Notes: a model not told the origin generated them from the letters alone. Positions 28,018 through 36,584 are shown, counted from the first letter of the stretch. The stretch is 64,000 nt of DNA from Patescibacteria group bacterium (GCA_049325535.1 JBMOKY010000001.1:221002-285001), one strand, 5' to 3'. Numbers and translations: made by a program.

Positions 28018-29567
28018 ACCACATCAAGATTTCTTTTGCCACTCCGCCAATGCTTCGGCTGTATGGGTATTCGCCAGATTCGCCTGAAGCGATTTTTGAT
28101 CAGGTACAATCCGGGTGTCAACCTTCATCGTTGCGGGGGGATTTTATCGTGGTCGCCGAGGGTACCGACGCCCAATCAGGTAAGCCATTGACGGTTTTTA
28201 TCACTTCCGTCATCAGTGCCGTTCCGTATTACTATGTCATGACGGATACGACCTGCGTGCACGGTCCGATGATCATCGATTGCGTACGCAGAGCCGGTTT
28301 GACCTGGCAGTGGAACTGGTCGGCCATCGGGCAGATAGCGCTGTTTGATCATGTACTCGGTGACGCCTCGCTGCACCCCCAGGTACAGCGGGTGCCCGCC
28401 GCTAGTATTGTGATCATTCGAGGGACGCAGCGAGAATTCATGACGGAGCCGTTTTGGCAGAATCTGTACCATCAATCAGGGGGGCATACCAGTATCAGTG
28501 ACGCAGCGGATATGCTTGTGGCTCTGCTCGGCGAATTGCCCAGCTACAAGCCGCTGTCGCTCTCCTTGAGCGCGGGCTATGACAGCCGCGTACTCCTGGC
28601 GGGGCTGGCGTATCTCAAACGTACGGCGCAGACGGCCTGTATGGGTGCGCCTGACGCCACTGATCCGCGCATTGCCGAGCGGCTCGCGCGGGTGATCGGA
28701 TATGGGTATCATCGGGTAGCATTGAGCACAGATCAGTATGTATCCGAAGCAGAACGAATCCTGGCGATGACGAGCGGTGAAAAAGTCTTTTGCCACTGGC
28801 ATACAGGCATATATGCTCATACGGTCGGATTTGATCCACAGGGGGTGCATTTGGCAGGGTCAAATGGAGAATTCGCCCGTAGCTATTTTTTTGATAAAGG
28901 ATTTGTGGCACGCATGATGGATGTGTTGCCGATTGGGCATGGCGATTGGTGGCTGGCACGTGGTCACGCAGCTCCGCGGACAGTCGGCGAAGTAGTACGG
29001 CATATTGATCCGCAGTCGCCGTTTGCACAGGCGCTTGATATTCGCGCGCAACTCGCTTCAGTATATCCGCCGTATCTGAACTTTGGTGATGGTATGGATG
29101 TATTTTATGCTATGCAGCGGGTACGTAATTTTATTGGGTTGGGTATGGCACTGTATCGGGCTGATTTCCCGACGATGTCTCCCTTTCTGGATGTTCGCTT
29201 CATACAGGTGATGGCTCGGCTTCGCCGCCAAGATAAATTAGCCAATGCCATGCATCGGGGGATTATCGAAAAACTGCAACCTACCCTACTGACATTTCCG
29301 ACTGATGAAACGGACGTTCCTATGGGAGCGCGGCCATCAGGGATGTATTTCCGTCGACCGCGGCCAATCAAAGGGTATTCTCGGTCCACTGAAGCACAGC
29401 GATTGCCACAGGTGCGCCAGTGGGCACACCGGGGCTTTCGTTTGCTTGGTGGCAGCGAAAGTTCTGCTGAGGTCAGTGCCGTGGTAGAGCGCTGGAATCT
29501 CGGTATCACCGTCGGCGCATTTTCCGAATTGCTGCAGCGATCCGGCGTGAATGACGTCGCTGATTAA
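28014..29567 (+). CDS. Asparagine-synthetase-family (AsnB C-domain) ATP-dependent amidotransferase/ligase lacking N-terminal glutaminase nucleophile
   Basis: PP-loop-like LSLSAGYDSRVLLAG (SGGxDS variant). No Cys at position 2. ATGA overlap with the upstream membrane protein. Confidence 0.65.
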   Translation: MNHIKISFATPPMLRLYGYSPDSPEAIFDQVQSGCQPSSLRGDFIVVAEGTDAQSGKPLTVFITSVISAVPYYYVMTDTTCVHGPMIIDCVRRAGLTWQWNWSAIGQIALFDHVLGDASLHPQVQRVPAASIVIIRGTQREFMTEPFWQNLYHQSGGHTSISDAADMLVALLGELPSYKPLSLSLSAGYDSRVLLAGLAYLKRTAQTACMGAPDATDPRIAERLARVIGYGYHRVALSTDQYVSEAERILAMTSGEKVFCHWHTGIYAHTVGFDPQGVHLAGSNGEFARSYFFDKGFVARMMDVLPIGHGDWWLARGHAAPRTVGEVVRHIDPQSPFAQALDIRAQLASVYPPYLNFGDGMDVFYAMQRVRNFIGLGMALYRADFPTMSPFLDVRFIQVMARLRRQDKLANAMHRGIIEKLQPTLLTFPTDETDVPMGARPSGMYFRRPRPIKGYSRSTEAQRLPQVRQWAHRGFRLLGGSESSAEVSAVVERWNLGITVGAFSELLQRSGVNDVAD

Positions 29568-29571
29568 AATC

Positions 29572-30111
29572 ATGTGTATGAAATCAGCAATTAGACATTT
29601 CCGTTATTCATTTACTCTACGCCCTTTTCGCCTGTCGGACGCGCATGATTTGGTCCGTCATATCAATGATCCGGTTATTGCGCGGAACACCGCTCATATT
29701 CCGTATCCATACCGCCAGCGTGATGCTCTGCAATTCTTACGGCGTCAAATCATCCACCGTAGGAATAAGCCTGCAACTGATGTCACGTTCGCCATTATCA
29801 TCGATGGATCGGTGGTTGGTGGATTGGGGTTGCATCATATTGAACAGCGGCACCAGGCTGAGCTGGGGTATTGGCTATCCCGCCAATACCGCGGCCGAGG
29901 CATCATGACCCGGGCGGTCAGGGAAGCACTGCGCTATGGTTTCGTCCGACTGCACCTCCGTAGAATATATGCCTACACATACACGTATAATCCGGCATCA
30001 GCCCGCGTACTGGAAAAAAACGGGTTTGTCCGGGAGGGAGTGCTCCGTAAGCATGCCAAAAAGAACGGCCGTTTGATTGATGATATTCTGTATGCGAAGG
30101 TACGGGTATAG
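29572..30111 (+). CDS. GNAT N-acetyltransferase (RimJ/RimL-like)
   Basis: FTLRPFRLSDAHDL...GLHHIEQRHQAELGYWLSRQYRGRGIMTRAVREALRYGF. Starts 5 nt after the AsnB-like stop. Confidence 0.8.
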   Translation: MCMKSAIRHFRYSFTLRPFRLSDAHDLVRHINDPVIARNTAHIPYPYRQRDALQFLRRQIIHRRNKPATDVTFAIIIDGSVVGGLGLHHIEQRHQAELGYWLSRQYRGRGIMTRAVREALRYGFVRLHLRRIYAYTYTYNPASARVLEKNGFVREGVLRKHAKKNGRLIDDILYAKVRV

Positions 30112-30160
30112 TTGCCGACTTGTCGGATCCTTGGTATATTGGGAAATATTGTAATTAGTA

Positions 30161-30967
30161 ATGAATATCAATGGTATGTCAGCGGAGCAACAACTAACAA
30201 AAAAACAACGGCGAGACCTTCGTCGACAGGAAAAACTCCAAAGCCGCGAACAGTTTGAACGGCAGAAATCAGTCCGCAGAGTCGTGATGTGGGTCGTTAT
30301 CGTGCTCGTTTTGGGGGGGATTGTGTATGCATTGACACAATTAGGTAGCAGCACAAATACCGATCAATTGTTAACCGACCGGATAACTCCTCAAGATCAT
30401 GCGTTAGGCGGCGCCGACGCCCCAGCCCAACTGATCGAATATAGCGATTTTCAGTGTCCGGCTTGCGCGGGATATGAAGATGTACTCAGTCAGATACGGG
30501 AGGAGTTTGGTGATCAATTGTTGTTTGCGTATCGACATTTTCCCTTGCGTTCCATTCATCCAAATGCCCAAATCTCCGCCGAAGCGGCTGAAGCGGCCGC
30601 ATTACAGGGCAAATTTTGGGACATGCACGCTCAGTTGTTTCAAACCCAACAGGAGTGGTCTGGCGTCAGCGATCCGACGGATATGTTTGTCGGATATGCT
30701 AACGACATTGGGCTCGATGTCGATCAATTCCGGACGGCGCTCGGTACTGATCAGGTCAGCGATCCGGTGAATGCTGATTATCAGAGTGGAGTCGCGGCCG
30801 GTGTGAATGCCACGCCGACTTTTTATCTGAACGGGGTGAAGCTGGACAATCCGCGGAGCGCTGATGAATTCCGCACCGAGATTCAGAAAGTGCTTGATGC
30901 TGCGGAAAATACGACAGACACCAATGCCGCTACGAACGGCAGTTCTGACACCGCAACCAATCAGTGA
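30161..30967 (+). CDS. Membrane-anchored DsbA-family thiol:disulfide oxidoreductase
   Basis: N-terminal TM anchor. Thioredoxin fold with a CPAC active site (FQCPACAGYEDVL). Confidence 0.75.
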   Translation: MNINGMSAEQQLTKKQRRDLRRQEKLQSREQFERQKSVRRVVMWVVIVLVLGGIVYALTQLGSSTNTDQLLTDRITPQDHALGGADAPAQLIEYSDFQCPACAGYEDVLSQIREEFGDQLLFAYRHFPLRSIHPNAQISAEAAEAAALQGKFWDMHAQLFQTQQEWSGVSDPTDMFVGYANDIGLDVDQFRTALGTDQVSDPVNADYQSGVAAGVNATPTFYLNGVKLDNPRSADEFRTEIQKVLDAAENTTDTNAATNGSSDTATNQ

Positions 30968-32019
30968 TGCCAGAATCGAGAAAACATTTCCGTTGGTTAC
31001 CGTGGGTGATACTGAGTACAGCGCTGGCGGGGTTTGTTGATGCGAGCTATCTGACGGTGGAGCATTATCGCGGAGTCGGGGTTGGGTGCTCGATCATCCA
31101 CGGCTGTGATACCGTACTGACCAGCCAGTATGCCGAAGTATTTGGTATCCCCACCGCGCTGCTGGGCGCTTTTTTTTATTTATCGATCACAGTTTTGAGT
31201 ATCATTTATTTGGACGGAAGAAATGGGATAGTATTGCGCGTATTGGCATGGTTGACCGTACCGGGGATGGCCGTGACGGCGGTGCTCGTATATTTACAGG
31301 GCGTCGTGATCGGAGCGTGGTGCCAGTACTGTTTGGTATCGGCGGTGACCTCGACACTGTTGTTTGTCATGGGAATGTATATTCTCAAAAATTCATCATC
31401 GATCGCCCAGAGCCGACGTCGGCTGGTTATGGCCACCGGAAATGCCGGCAAGGTCAGGGAAATGCGCCACATTTTTTCGGATATGGGCATCGATATCCTC
31501 AGTGCACGCGAGGCGGGGGTGGATAGCGAGGCAGTTGAAGACGGGACGACGCTGAAGCAAAACGCCCTGAAAAAGGCCCGGCACGTGGCCCGGCAGGTCA
31601 CCGATTGGGTGGTCGCGGATGATACCGGGCTGTTTGTCGATGCGCTCCAGGGTGCGCCGGGAGTGTATAGCGCCCGCCACGCCGGTGTAGGTGCCTCAGA
31701 TGATGCGATTCGCGATAAAGTGTTACGCGATATGGCGAATATAGCCTCCAAAGATCGCACTGCTCGTTTTATCAGCGCAGTCGCTGCCGTCGGTCCGGCG
31801 GGCCAGGAATCTGTTTTTATCGGAACACTTCGCGGGCGAATCAATACGACACCGGCCGGCGAAGCGCGTCCGCATTTGCCCTATGATCAGATTTTCATTC
31901 CTGAGGGATCAACCAAGACGTTGGCCGAAATGTCCGATGATGAAAAAAATTCCATCAGTCATCGGCGAATCGCATTTGATCAGTTGCGCGCGTTTCTCAA
32001 AAAAGAATTTACTGATTGA
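30967..32019 (+). CDS. VKOR (vitamin K epoxide reductase-like) domain fused in-frame to Ham1/RdgB non-canonical NTP pyrophosphatase domain
   Basis: N-terminal 4-TM region with loop Cys pair CSIIHGC and TM CQYC. Residues from about 155 read LVMATGNAGKVREMRHIF...FIPEGSTKTLAEMSDDEKNSISHR (Ham1). No stop between the domains. gTGATG overlap with the DsbA stop. Confidence 0.7.
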   Translation: MPESRKHFRWLPWVILSTALAGFVDASYLTVEHYRGVGVGCSIIHGCDTVLTSQYAEVFGIPTALLGAFFYLSITVLSIIYLDGRNGIVLRVLAWLTVPGMAVTAVLVYLQGVVIGAWCQYCLVSAVTSTLLFVMGMYILKNSSSIAQSRRRLVMATGNAGKVREMRHIFSDMGIDILSAREAGVDSEAVEDGTTLKQNALKKARHVARQVTDWVVADDTGLFVDALQGAPGVYSARHAGVGASDDAIRDKVLRDMANIASKDRTARFISAVAAVGPAGQESVFIGTLRGRINTTPAGEARPHLPYDQIFIPEGSTKTLAEMSDDEKNSISHRRIAFDQLRAFLKKEFTD

Positions 32020-32158
32020 AGGAATATTTTAAAAAGATACTTGAGTATTGTATTATTTTTTAAAATATGCTATACTCATGGTGTGGAAAAATGATTAATG
32101 TTGTTTATTTCAAAAGCTTTTTACTCTTTTACAAAAAATTTTTAACCATTGTGACGTG

Positions 32159-32179
32159 TTATTGCGGAAATAGCAATAA
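32159..32179 (+). promoter_or_regulatory. Perfect 7-bp inverted repeat TTATTGC-n7-GCAATAA upstream of polylysine protein gene
   Basis: Seen directly in the sequence, in an AT-rich island next to -10-like TATAGT/TATACT hexamers. Confidence 0.35.
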
Positions 32180-32236
32180 AATATAGTGTGCTATTACGCA
32201 TAAGCACTCAATGTACGAAAGGGGGTGAATATCACA

Positions 32237-32338
32237 ATGGCAAAACGCAAGAAAGTTGCGAAGAAAAAGACCACGAAGAAACGCAAAGCGGCTAAAAAAA
32301 CCACGAAACGCAAAGCAACCAAGAAACGAAAACGATAG
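32237..32338 (+). CDS. 33-aa polylysine/arginine protein (MAKRKKVAKKKTTKKRKAAKKTTKRKATKKRKR)
   Basis: Extended SD GAAAGGGGGTGAA sits 8 nt upstream. A terminator follows immediately. Composition resembles the tiny basic ribosomal protein bS22 or a nucleic-acid-binding peptide. Confidence 0.55.
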   Translation: MAKRKKVAKKKTTKKRKAAKKTTKRKATKKRKR

Positions 32339-32362
32339 TCGCGTCAGTTTCTTAACTTAAAG

Positions 32363-32386
32363 GCGACCTCATAGATGGTCGCTTTT
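32363..32386 (+). terminator. Rho-independent terminator
   Basis: gcgacc tcataga ggtcgc followed by ttttaag. Confidence 0.55.
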
Positions 32387-32444
32387 AAGTATTCATTGTG
32401 CCCTTACCATTTTTGAAAATATCGGCTAGAATAGTGGTGGAGGT

Positions 32445-32768
32445 ATGTTGAGAATTTTCGCTAACCTTAGAAAACTAAAACACCCAGAATATTGGGTTAT
32501 TGCTAGTGTCGTTCTGATTTTACCGCCGACATATTTTTGGTTTCTCGGGATGCTCCATACCGTCGGCATACCCATCACCATATCTACGCAATTATTGGAG
32601 CGCATGTCCATACCGCTGGCAAGTACTTTGGTGTATGTATGTCCGTTTGGCGCGCTGCTCGCGGGATACATCGCATGGCGCATGATGCGCAATGGATTTA
32701 CTATGCTGATCGTATTATTGAGTTCGCTGTTTGTTATTTTAAGTGTCGTGTCAGTGGCCTTGGGCTAA
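32445..32768 (+). CDS. Small membrane protein (3 predicted TM helices)
   Basis: Hydrophobic segments VIASVVLILPPTYFWFLGML, LVYVCPFGALLAGYIAW and MLIVLLSSLFVILSVVSVAL. Confidence 0.45.
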   Translation: MLRIFANLRKLKHPEYWVIASVVLILPPTYFWFLGMLHTVGIPITISTQLLERMSIPLASTLVYVCPFGALLAGYIAWRMMRNGFTMLIVLLSSLFVILSVVSVALG

Positions 32769-32928
32769 ATACACTTCCGACGCACGTATGATAGATGTCG
32801 GGAAAATGTACGATGCATCGACTCTGATGTCTACTATCCGGCCCAGTCTCGGATCGTGTATGCCCCGGCGGATTATGGTTCGTCGCTATTTTTTATTAAC
32901 ATGATTCTCGTCCGATTTGATACTATAT

Positions 32929-33153
32929 ATGAGTGATTTGCATATTCGACAAGGTCGTTATCGCCATTACAAAGGTAATGAATACAACGTGCACGGTATA
33001 GCGCTGCACAGTGAAACCCAGGAGCCGCTGGTATTTTATACATCACTCCATGATCCTGAAACGAGCTGGGTGCGCCCGTATCACATGTTTGTGGAGTGGG
33101 TGGTCTGTCAGAATTCACTTGTCCCACGATTTATGTACATTGGCCCACTATGA
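32929..33153 (+). CDS. DUF1653-like small protein
   Basis: GRYRHYKGNEYNVHGIALHSETQEPLVFYTSLH...WVRP matches the YRHYKG signature of DUF1653. Confidence 0.55.
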   Translation: MSDLHIRQGRYRHYKGNEYNVHGIALHSETQEPLVFYTSLHDPETSWVRPYHMFVEWVVCQNSLVPRFMYIGPL

Positions 33154-33647
33154 AGCAACTCCTCGTCTTCATGGGCAAACCCGGCGCGGGCAAGACGACA
33201 CTGATCCACGAATTATTTCCCGGACAGATGATTTTTGACGTTGCCGATTTTATCGCCGCGTACCGGACCGGCACAACATGGCCAGAACATAAAACCCTCC
33301 AGGGGTATGAGGACATGTATATGGCGCTTGAGCATATGCAGGATGTCGTCATCCTTGAGCTGGGCACGAATCACGCTGAGTACAATATCAATCAGCTCAG
33401 GCAAATCAGACAGCATGCTGATGTGCGAGTATTTGTCTGCACTGCTTCTGTTGACACACTCCGCCAGCGAGTACTGCGGCGGCCTGGATTTAGGGATATG
33501 GAGTCCATCGAACGCCGTTTCGCCTGGGATTTTCCGAATTCTCACTTACCATTATTTACCCAGGCGGGGATCGAGCCGTATTTTCTCGATATGGAACAAC
33601 CGATGACGGATAATGTGATCTTAGTCCGCCAAGCACTCCGATCATGA
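33150..33647 (+). CDS. P-loop NTPase / small kinase-like protein
   Basis: Walker A FMGKPGAGKTTLIHEL. ATGA overlaps with both neighbours. Confidence 0.7.
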   Translation: MKQLLVFMGKPGAGKTTLIHELFPGQMIFDVADFIAAYRTGTTWPEHKTLQGYEDMYMALEHMQDVVILELGTNHAEYNINQLRQIRQHADVRVFVCTASVDTLRQRVLRRPGFRDMESIERRFAWDFPNSHLPLFTQAGIEPYFLDMEQPMTDNVILVRQALRS

Positions 33648-34453
33648 ATTCGGCAGATTTTCGAAAAACAGTATACGCCCATTATCGCCGGCACCGGCGT
33701 GATTTGCCGTGGCGCCACACGACGAATCCGTATCACATCATGGTGTCGGAAATCATGCTCCAGCAGACGCAGGTGGATCGGGTCATCAAAAAATACAAAT
33801 CATTTATAAAAAAATTTCCCACCATACGTTCTCTGTCGCGGGCGCCATTATCCAGTGTATTGAAGGAGTGGCAAGGACTGGGGTACAACCGTCGCGCCAA
33901 ATATGTACATATGGCAGCGCGGCATATTTCCACGCAGGGCACGGGAAGATTTCCTCACACGACAGATGGATTGGTGTCGCTCCCCGGTATCGGAGTCCAT
34001 ACGGCCGGTGCTATTTGTGCCTATGCGTTTAATCAGCCGGTCACCTACATCGAAACCAATATCCGCACGGTGTTTATCCATCATTTTTTTCCCAGACGGA
34101 CGCAGGTGAGTGATGCGGAATTGTTGCCGGTGGTTCTCCGGACCCTGGATCACCGTAATCCCCGGCGGTGGTATTCGGCACTGATGGACTATGGTACCTG
34201 GCTGAAGAAAGAACATGGCAATGCTGCCCGCCGGAGCCGGCACTATACCAGACACTCGCCATTTCAGGGATCGCACCGACAGGTGCGGGGTGGCATTATT
34301 CGCCAGCTGACGACAGGTCGTGCCATGACCGCCGCTCAATTGCGACGAACGCTGGGGGTTCCTCTGTCGCGTATCAGTCGGGCACTTGAGGAATTACAGG
34401 CTGAGGGTTTGGTGACGAAGCGAGATGGAACAATTTATCTCAGTCGATACTAA
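33644..34453 (+). CDS. HhH-GPD DNA glycosylase, MutY-like, lacking FeS loop, with C-terminal winged-helix domain
   Basis: DLPWRHTTNPYHIMVSEIMLQQTQVDRVIKKYKSFIKKFPT and HhH LPGIGVHTAGAI are MutY-like. No Cys-x6-C-x2-C-x5-C motif. The C-terminus LRRTLGVPLSRISRALEELQAEGLV is wHTH-like. Confidence 0.7.
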   Translation: MNSADFRKTVYAHYRRHRRDLPWRHTTNPYHIMVSEIMLQQTQVDRVIKKYKSFIKKFPTIRSLSRAPLSSVLKEWQGLGYNRRAKYVHMAARHISTQGTGRFPHTTDGLVSLPGIGVHTAGAICAYAFNQPVTYIETNIRTVFIHHFFPRRTQVSDAELLPVVLRTLDHRNPRRWYSALMDYGTWLKKEHGNAARRSRHYTRHSPFQGSHRQVRGGIIRQLTTGRAMTAAQLRRTLGVPLSRISRALEELQAEGLVTKRDGTIYLSRY

Positions 34454-34570
34454 TATGAAATTTTTGTTGCCACATGTTTTGTGCCCCAGCTCTTATTCTT
34501 TTTACTTTCGTCAGAGAGCAGTAGCGCTGGATTGCAAAAACATTCCAGTAGCCTATAATAGAGGCTGCAT

Positions 34571-35263
34571 ATGCACGCATCGAAACTACCACAACATATA
34601 GGATTCGTCATGGATGGCAATCGCCGATGGGCAGCCGCACATGGCAAAAGCGCGACAGATGGCCACAAACAAGGCTATGAAGCTTTTCGACAGATTAGCG
34701 AACTGGTGCTGGATAAGGGAATTATGGTGGCGACGTTTTGGGCTTTTTCCACGGAAAACTGGAAACGGCCGAGACAAGAGATATTTGCTCTGATGAAGCT
34801 CCTCAAACACGCGCTCCGCACGGAGCTGAAGCGATTTATGGAGCGCGGTATCCGGTTTAATGCTTTGGGACGGATTGCCGCATTCCCGTTTGATGTCCGG
34901 CGGGAGATAAAACGTGCCATTGAAGAAACAAAAACAAATACCAAGGGCGTATTGAATATCGGATTGAATTATGGCGGACGGGAAGAGATCGTCGATGCTA
35001 TCAAAGGGATCGTGAAAAATGGTTTTTCACCAAATAAAATAACCGCTCAATTGGTCAATCGTTTTTTATACGCGCCCGATCTGCCCGAACCGGATCTCAT
35101 CATTCGCACTTCAGGTGAGCAGCGTTCATCTGGGTTTATGCTCTGGCAATCACCGTATGCGGAGTGGGTGTACTCACCAAAACTATGGCCAGAATATTCC
35201 GAGACTGACCTCGATGCAGCGCTCGACGAATATGCCCGGCGAAAAAGAAATTTTGGGGCATAG
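34571..35263 (+). CDS. uppS: Undecaprenyl diphosphate synthase (cis-prenyltransferase)
   Basis: HIGFVMDGNRRWA and FSTENWKRP motifs. Confidence 0.9.
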   Translation: MHASKLPQHIGFVMDGNRRWAAAHGKSATDGHKQGYEAFRQISELVLDKGIMVATFWAFSTENWKRPRQEIFALMKLLKHALRTELKRFMERGIRFNALGRIAAFPFDVRREIKRAIEETKTNTKGVLNIGLNYGGREEIVDAIKGIVKNGFSPNKITAQLVNRFLYAPDLPEPDLIIRTSGEQRSSGFMLWQSPYAEWVYSPKLWPEYSETDLDAALDEYARRKRNFGA

Positions 35264-35270
35264 GCTGCCT

Positions 35271-36323
35271 ATGCGTGCTGACCAACAGGTGCGCTCGATC
35301 ATCCGGCAGATTAACCGCCGGCTGCAGTTTGTGTTTGCGCGCTATGCCCGGTCAGCGGGCAGACAGCATCAGATTGCCCGACGGCTGAGCTCGGCGGTTG
35401 GCGAGTTTACCCTACGCCGGGGTGCCAAGCGTACACGGGGATTGCTCACCGTCATCGGGTATCTGGCAAATCCACGAAACCGCGTTGATAAAAATATCAT
35501 CACCATCGCTGCGGCCTATGAGGTACTACAGGCGTATTTGCTGATTCATGATGATATCATCGATGATGACGATGTCCGACGGGGCAGACCGACACTACAC
35601 CGGTTGTTTGAACGTGCCGTGCCCGCGGGAGTCAGCCGGACGGTCCGGGAAAAAATCGGACGCGACATAGCTATCATCGCCGGGGACGTGGCTGCCGATA
35701 TGGTACAGCGTATCATTTTAGAGACGTCATTTCCCGATTCCCAGAAGCTGCGTGCGTTAGCGCTGATTGATCAGACGCTGCATACGACGTATGCCGGCCA
35801 AGTGCTGGATATTCTGTCATTGCCCCAGCATCCGCCGCGCCTGAACGATCAGATTCTTCGCTATCAATTAAAAACTGCCCGCTATTCCATCGCATCACCG
35901 TTCATGCTCGGCGCTGAACTGGGCTTAGCATCATTCCAGCGAAATGCCTTTAATCGGTTTGCCGAAGCTGCCGGTGTCGGATTTCAGTTGGCCGATGATA
36001 TTGCCAATGTATTTGGAGTCCAGCTGGCACGGCGTTCATCCGATATCCGCAGTGGCAAGGTGACACTCTTGATGACGCTGGCACTTCAGTCGAACCAGCA
36101 TCGGCCGGCGCTTCTGCGCTTGCTAGCACGTCCGGCTCGTACGGCAGATGACGTGCGTCATCTCGTGGTGCTGCTGGAGGACAGCGGCGGTTTGGCACGG
36201 GCGAGAGCAATGGTCAGTCGGGAATATGAGCGTGCTGAACGGCTGATTTCCCGACTCGATTTATCCGAGAAAAGCGAAACATTGCTCCGCTGGCTGGTGG
36301 CACGGTTTAAGCAAGCAAACTAA
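35271..36323 (+). CDS. trans-Polyprenyl diphosphate synthase (FPP/GGPP synthase family)
   Basis: FARM LIHDDIIDDDDVRRG and SARM GFQLADDIANVFG. The track ORF begins earlier at 35115 inside uppS. Confidence 0.85.
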   Translation: MRADQQVRSIIRQINRRLQFVFARYARSAGRQHQIARRLSSAVGEFTLRRGAKRTRGLLTVIGYLANPRNRVDKNIITIAAAYEVLQAYLLIHDDIIDDDDVRRGRPTLHRLFERAVPAGVSRTVREKIGRDIAIIAGDVAADMVQRIILETSFPDSQKLRALALIDQTLHTTYAGQVLDILSLPQHPPRLNDQILRYQLKTARYSIASPFMLGAELGLASFQRNAFNRFAEAAGVGFQLADDIANVFGVQLARRSSDIRSGKVTLLMTLALQSNQHRPALLRLLARPARTADDVRHLVVLLEDSGGLARARAMVSREYERAERLISRLDLSEKSETLLRWLVARFKQAN

Positions 36324-36370
36324 AAAAACCTCCGGGGGTGAAGGGGTGATATCCGCGTATGCGGTGATGG

Positions 36371-36565
36371 TTATTTTGTTTTTTTGACGATTTTTCCCTG
36401 CTTGGTGAGGGTACGCAAAGTCCGTGCCGAAACACGGATTGTCTTTCCGTTGATGGTTACCTTTTGCAGGTTCAGCTGTTGTCGCCGTTTGGTGGCGATA
36501 TTTGAGTGGCTGCGGCTGTTTCCAGTCAGGGCTCCGCGTCCGGTGATGTGATCTTTTCTTGACAT
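36371..36565 (-). CDS. rpmB: Ribosomal protein bL28
   Basis: [36 protein letters not shown] matches the L28 signature. The track ORF is extended upstream. Confidence 0.85.
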   Translation of the reverse strand: MSRKDHITGRGALTGNSRSHSNIATKRRQQLNLQKVTINGKTIRVSARTLRTLTKQGKIVKKTK

Positions 36566-36584
36566 AGAATTTGCACGTTTGAAG

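Noticed and set aside
31206-31844. 212-aa minus-strand ORF
   Set aside because: Antisense within the Ham1 domain of the VKOR::Ham1 gene, which has strong family motifs.
33848-34339. 163-aa minus-strand ORF
   Set aside because: Antisense inside the MutY-like glycosylase gene.
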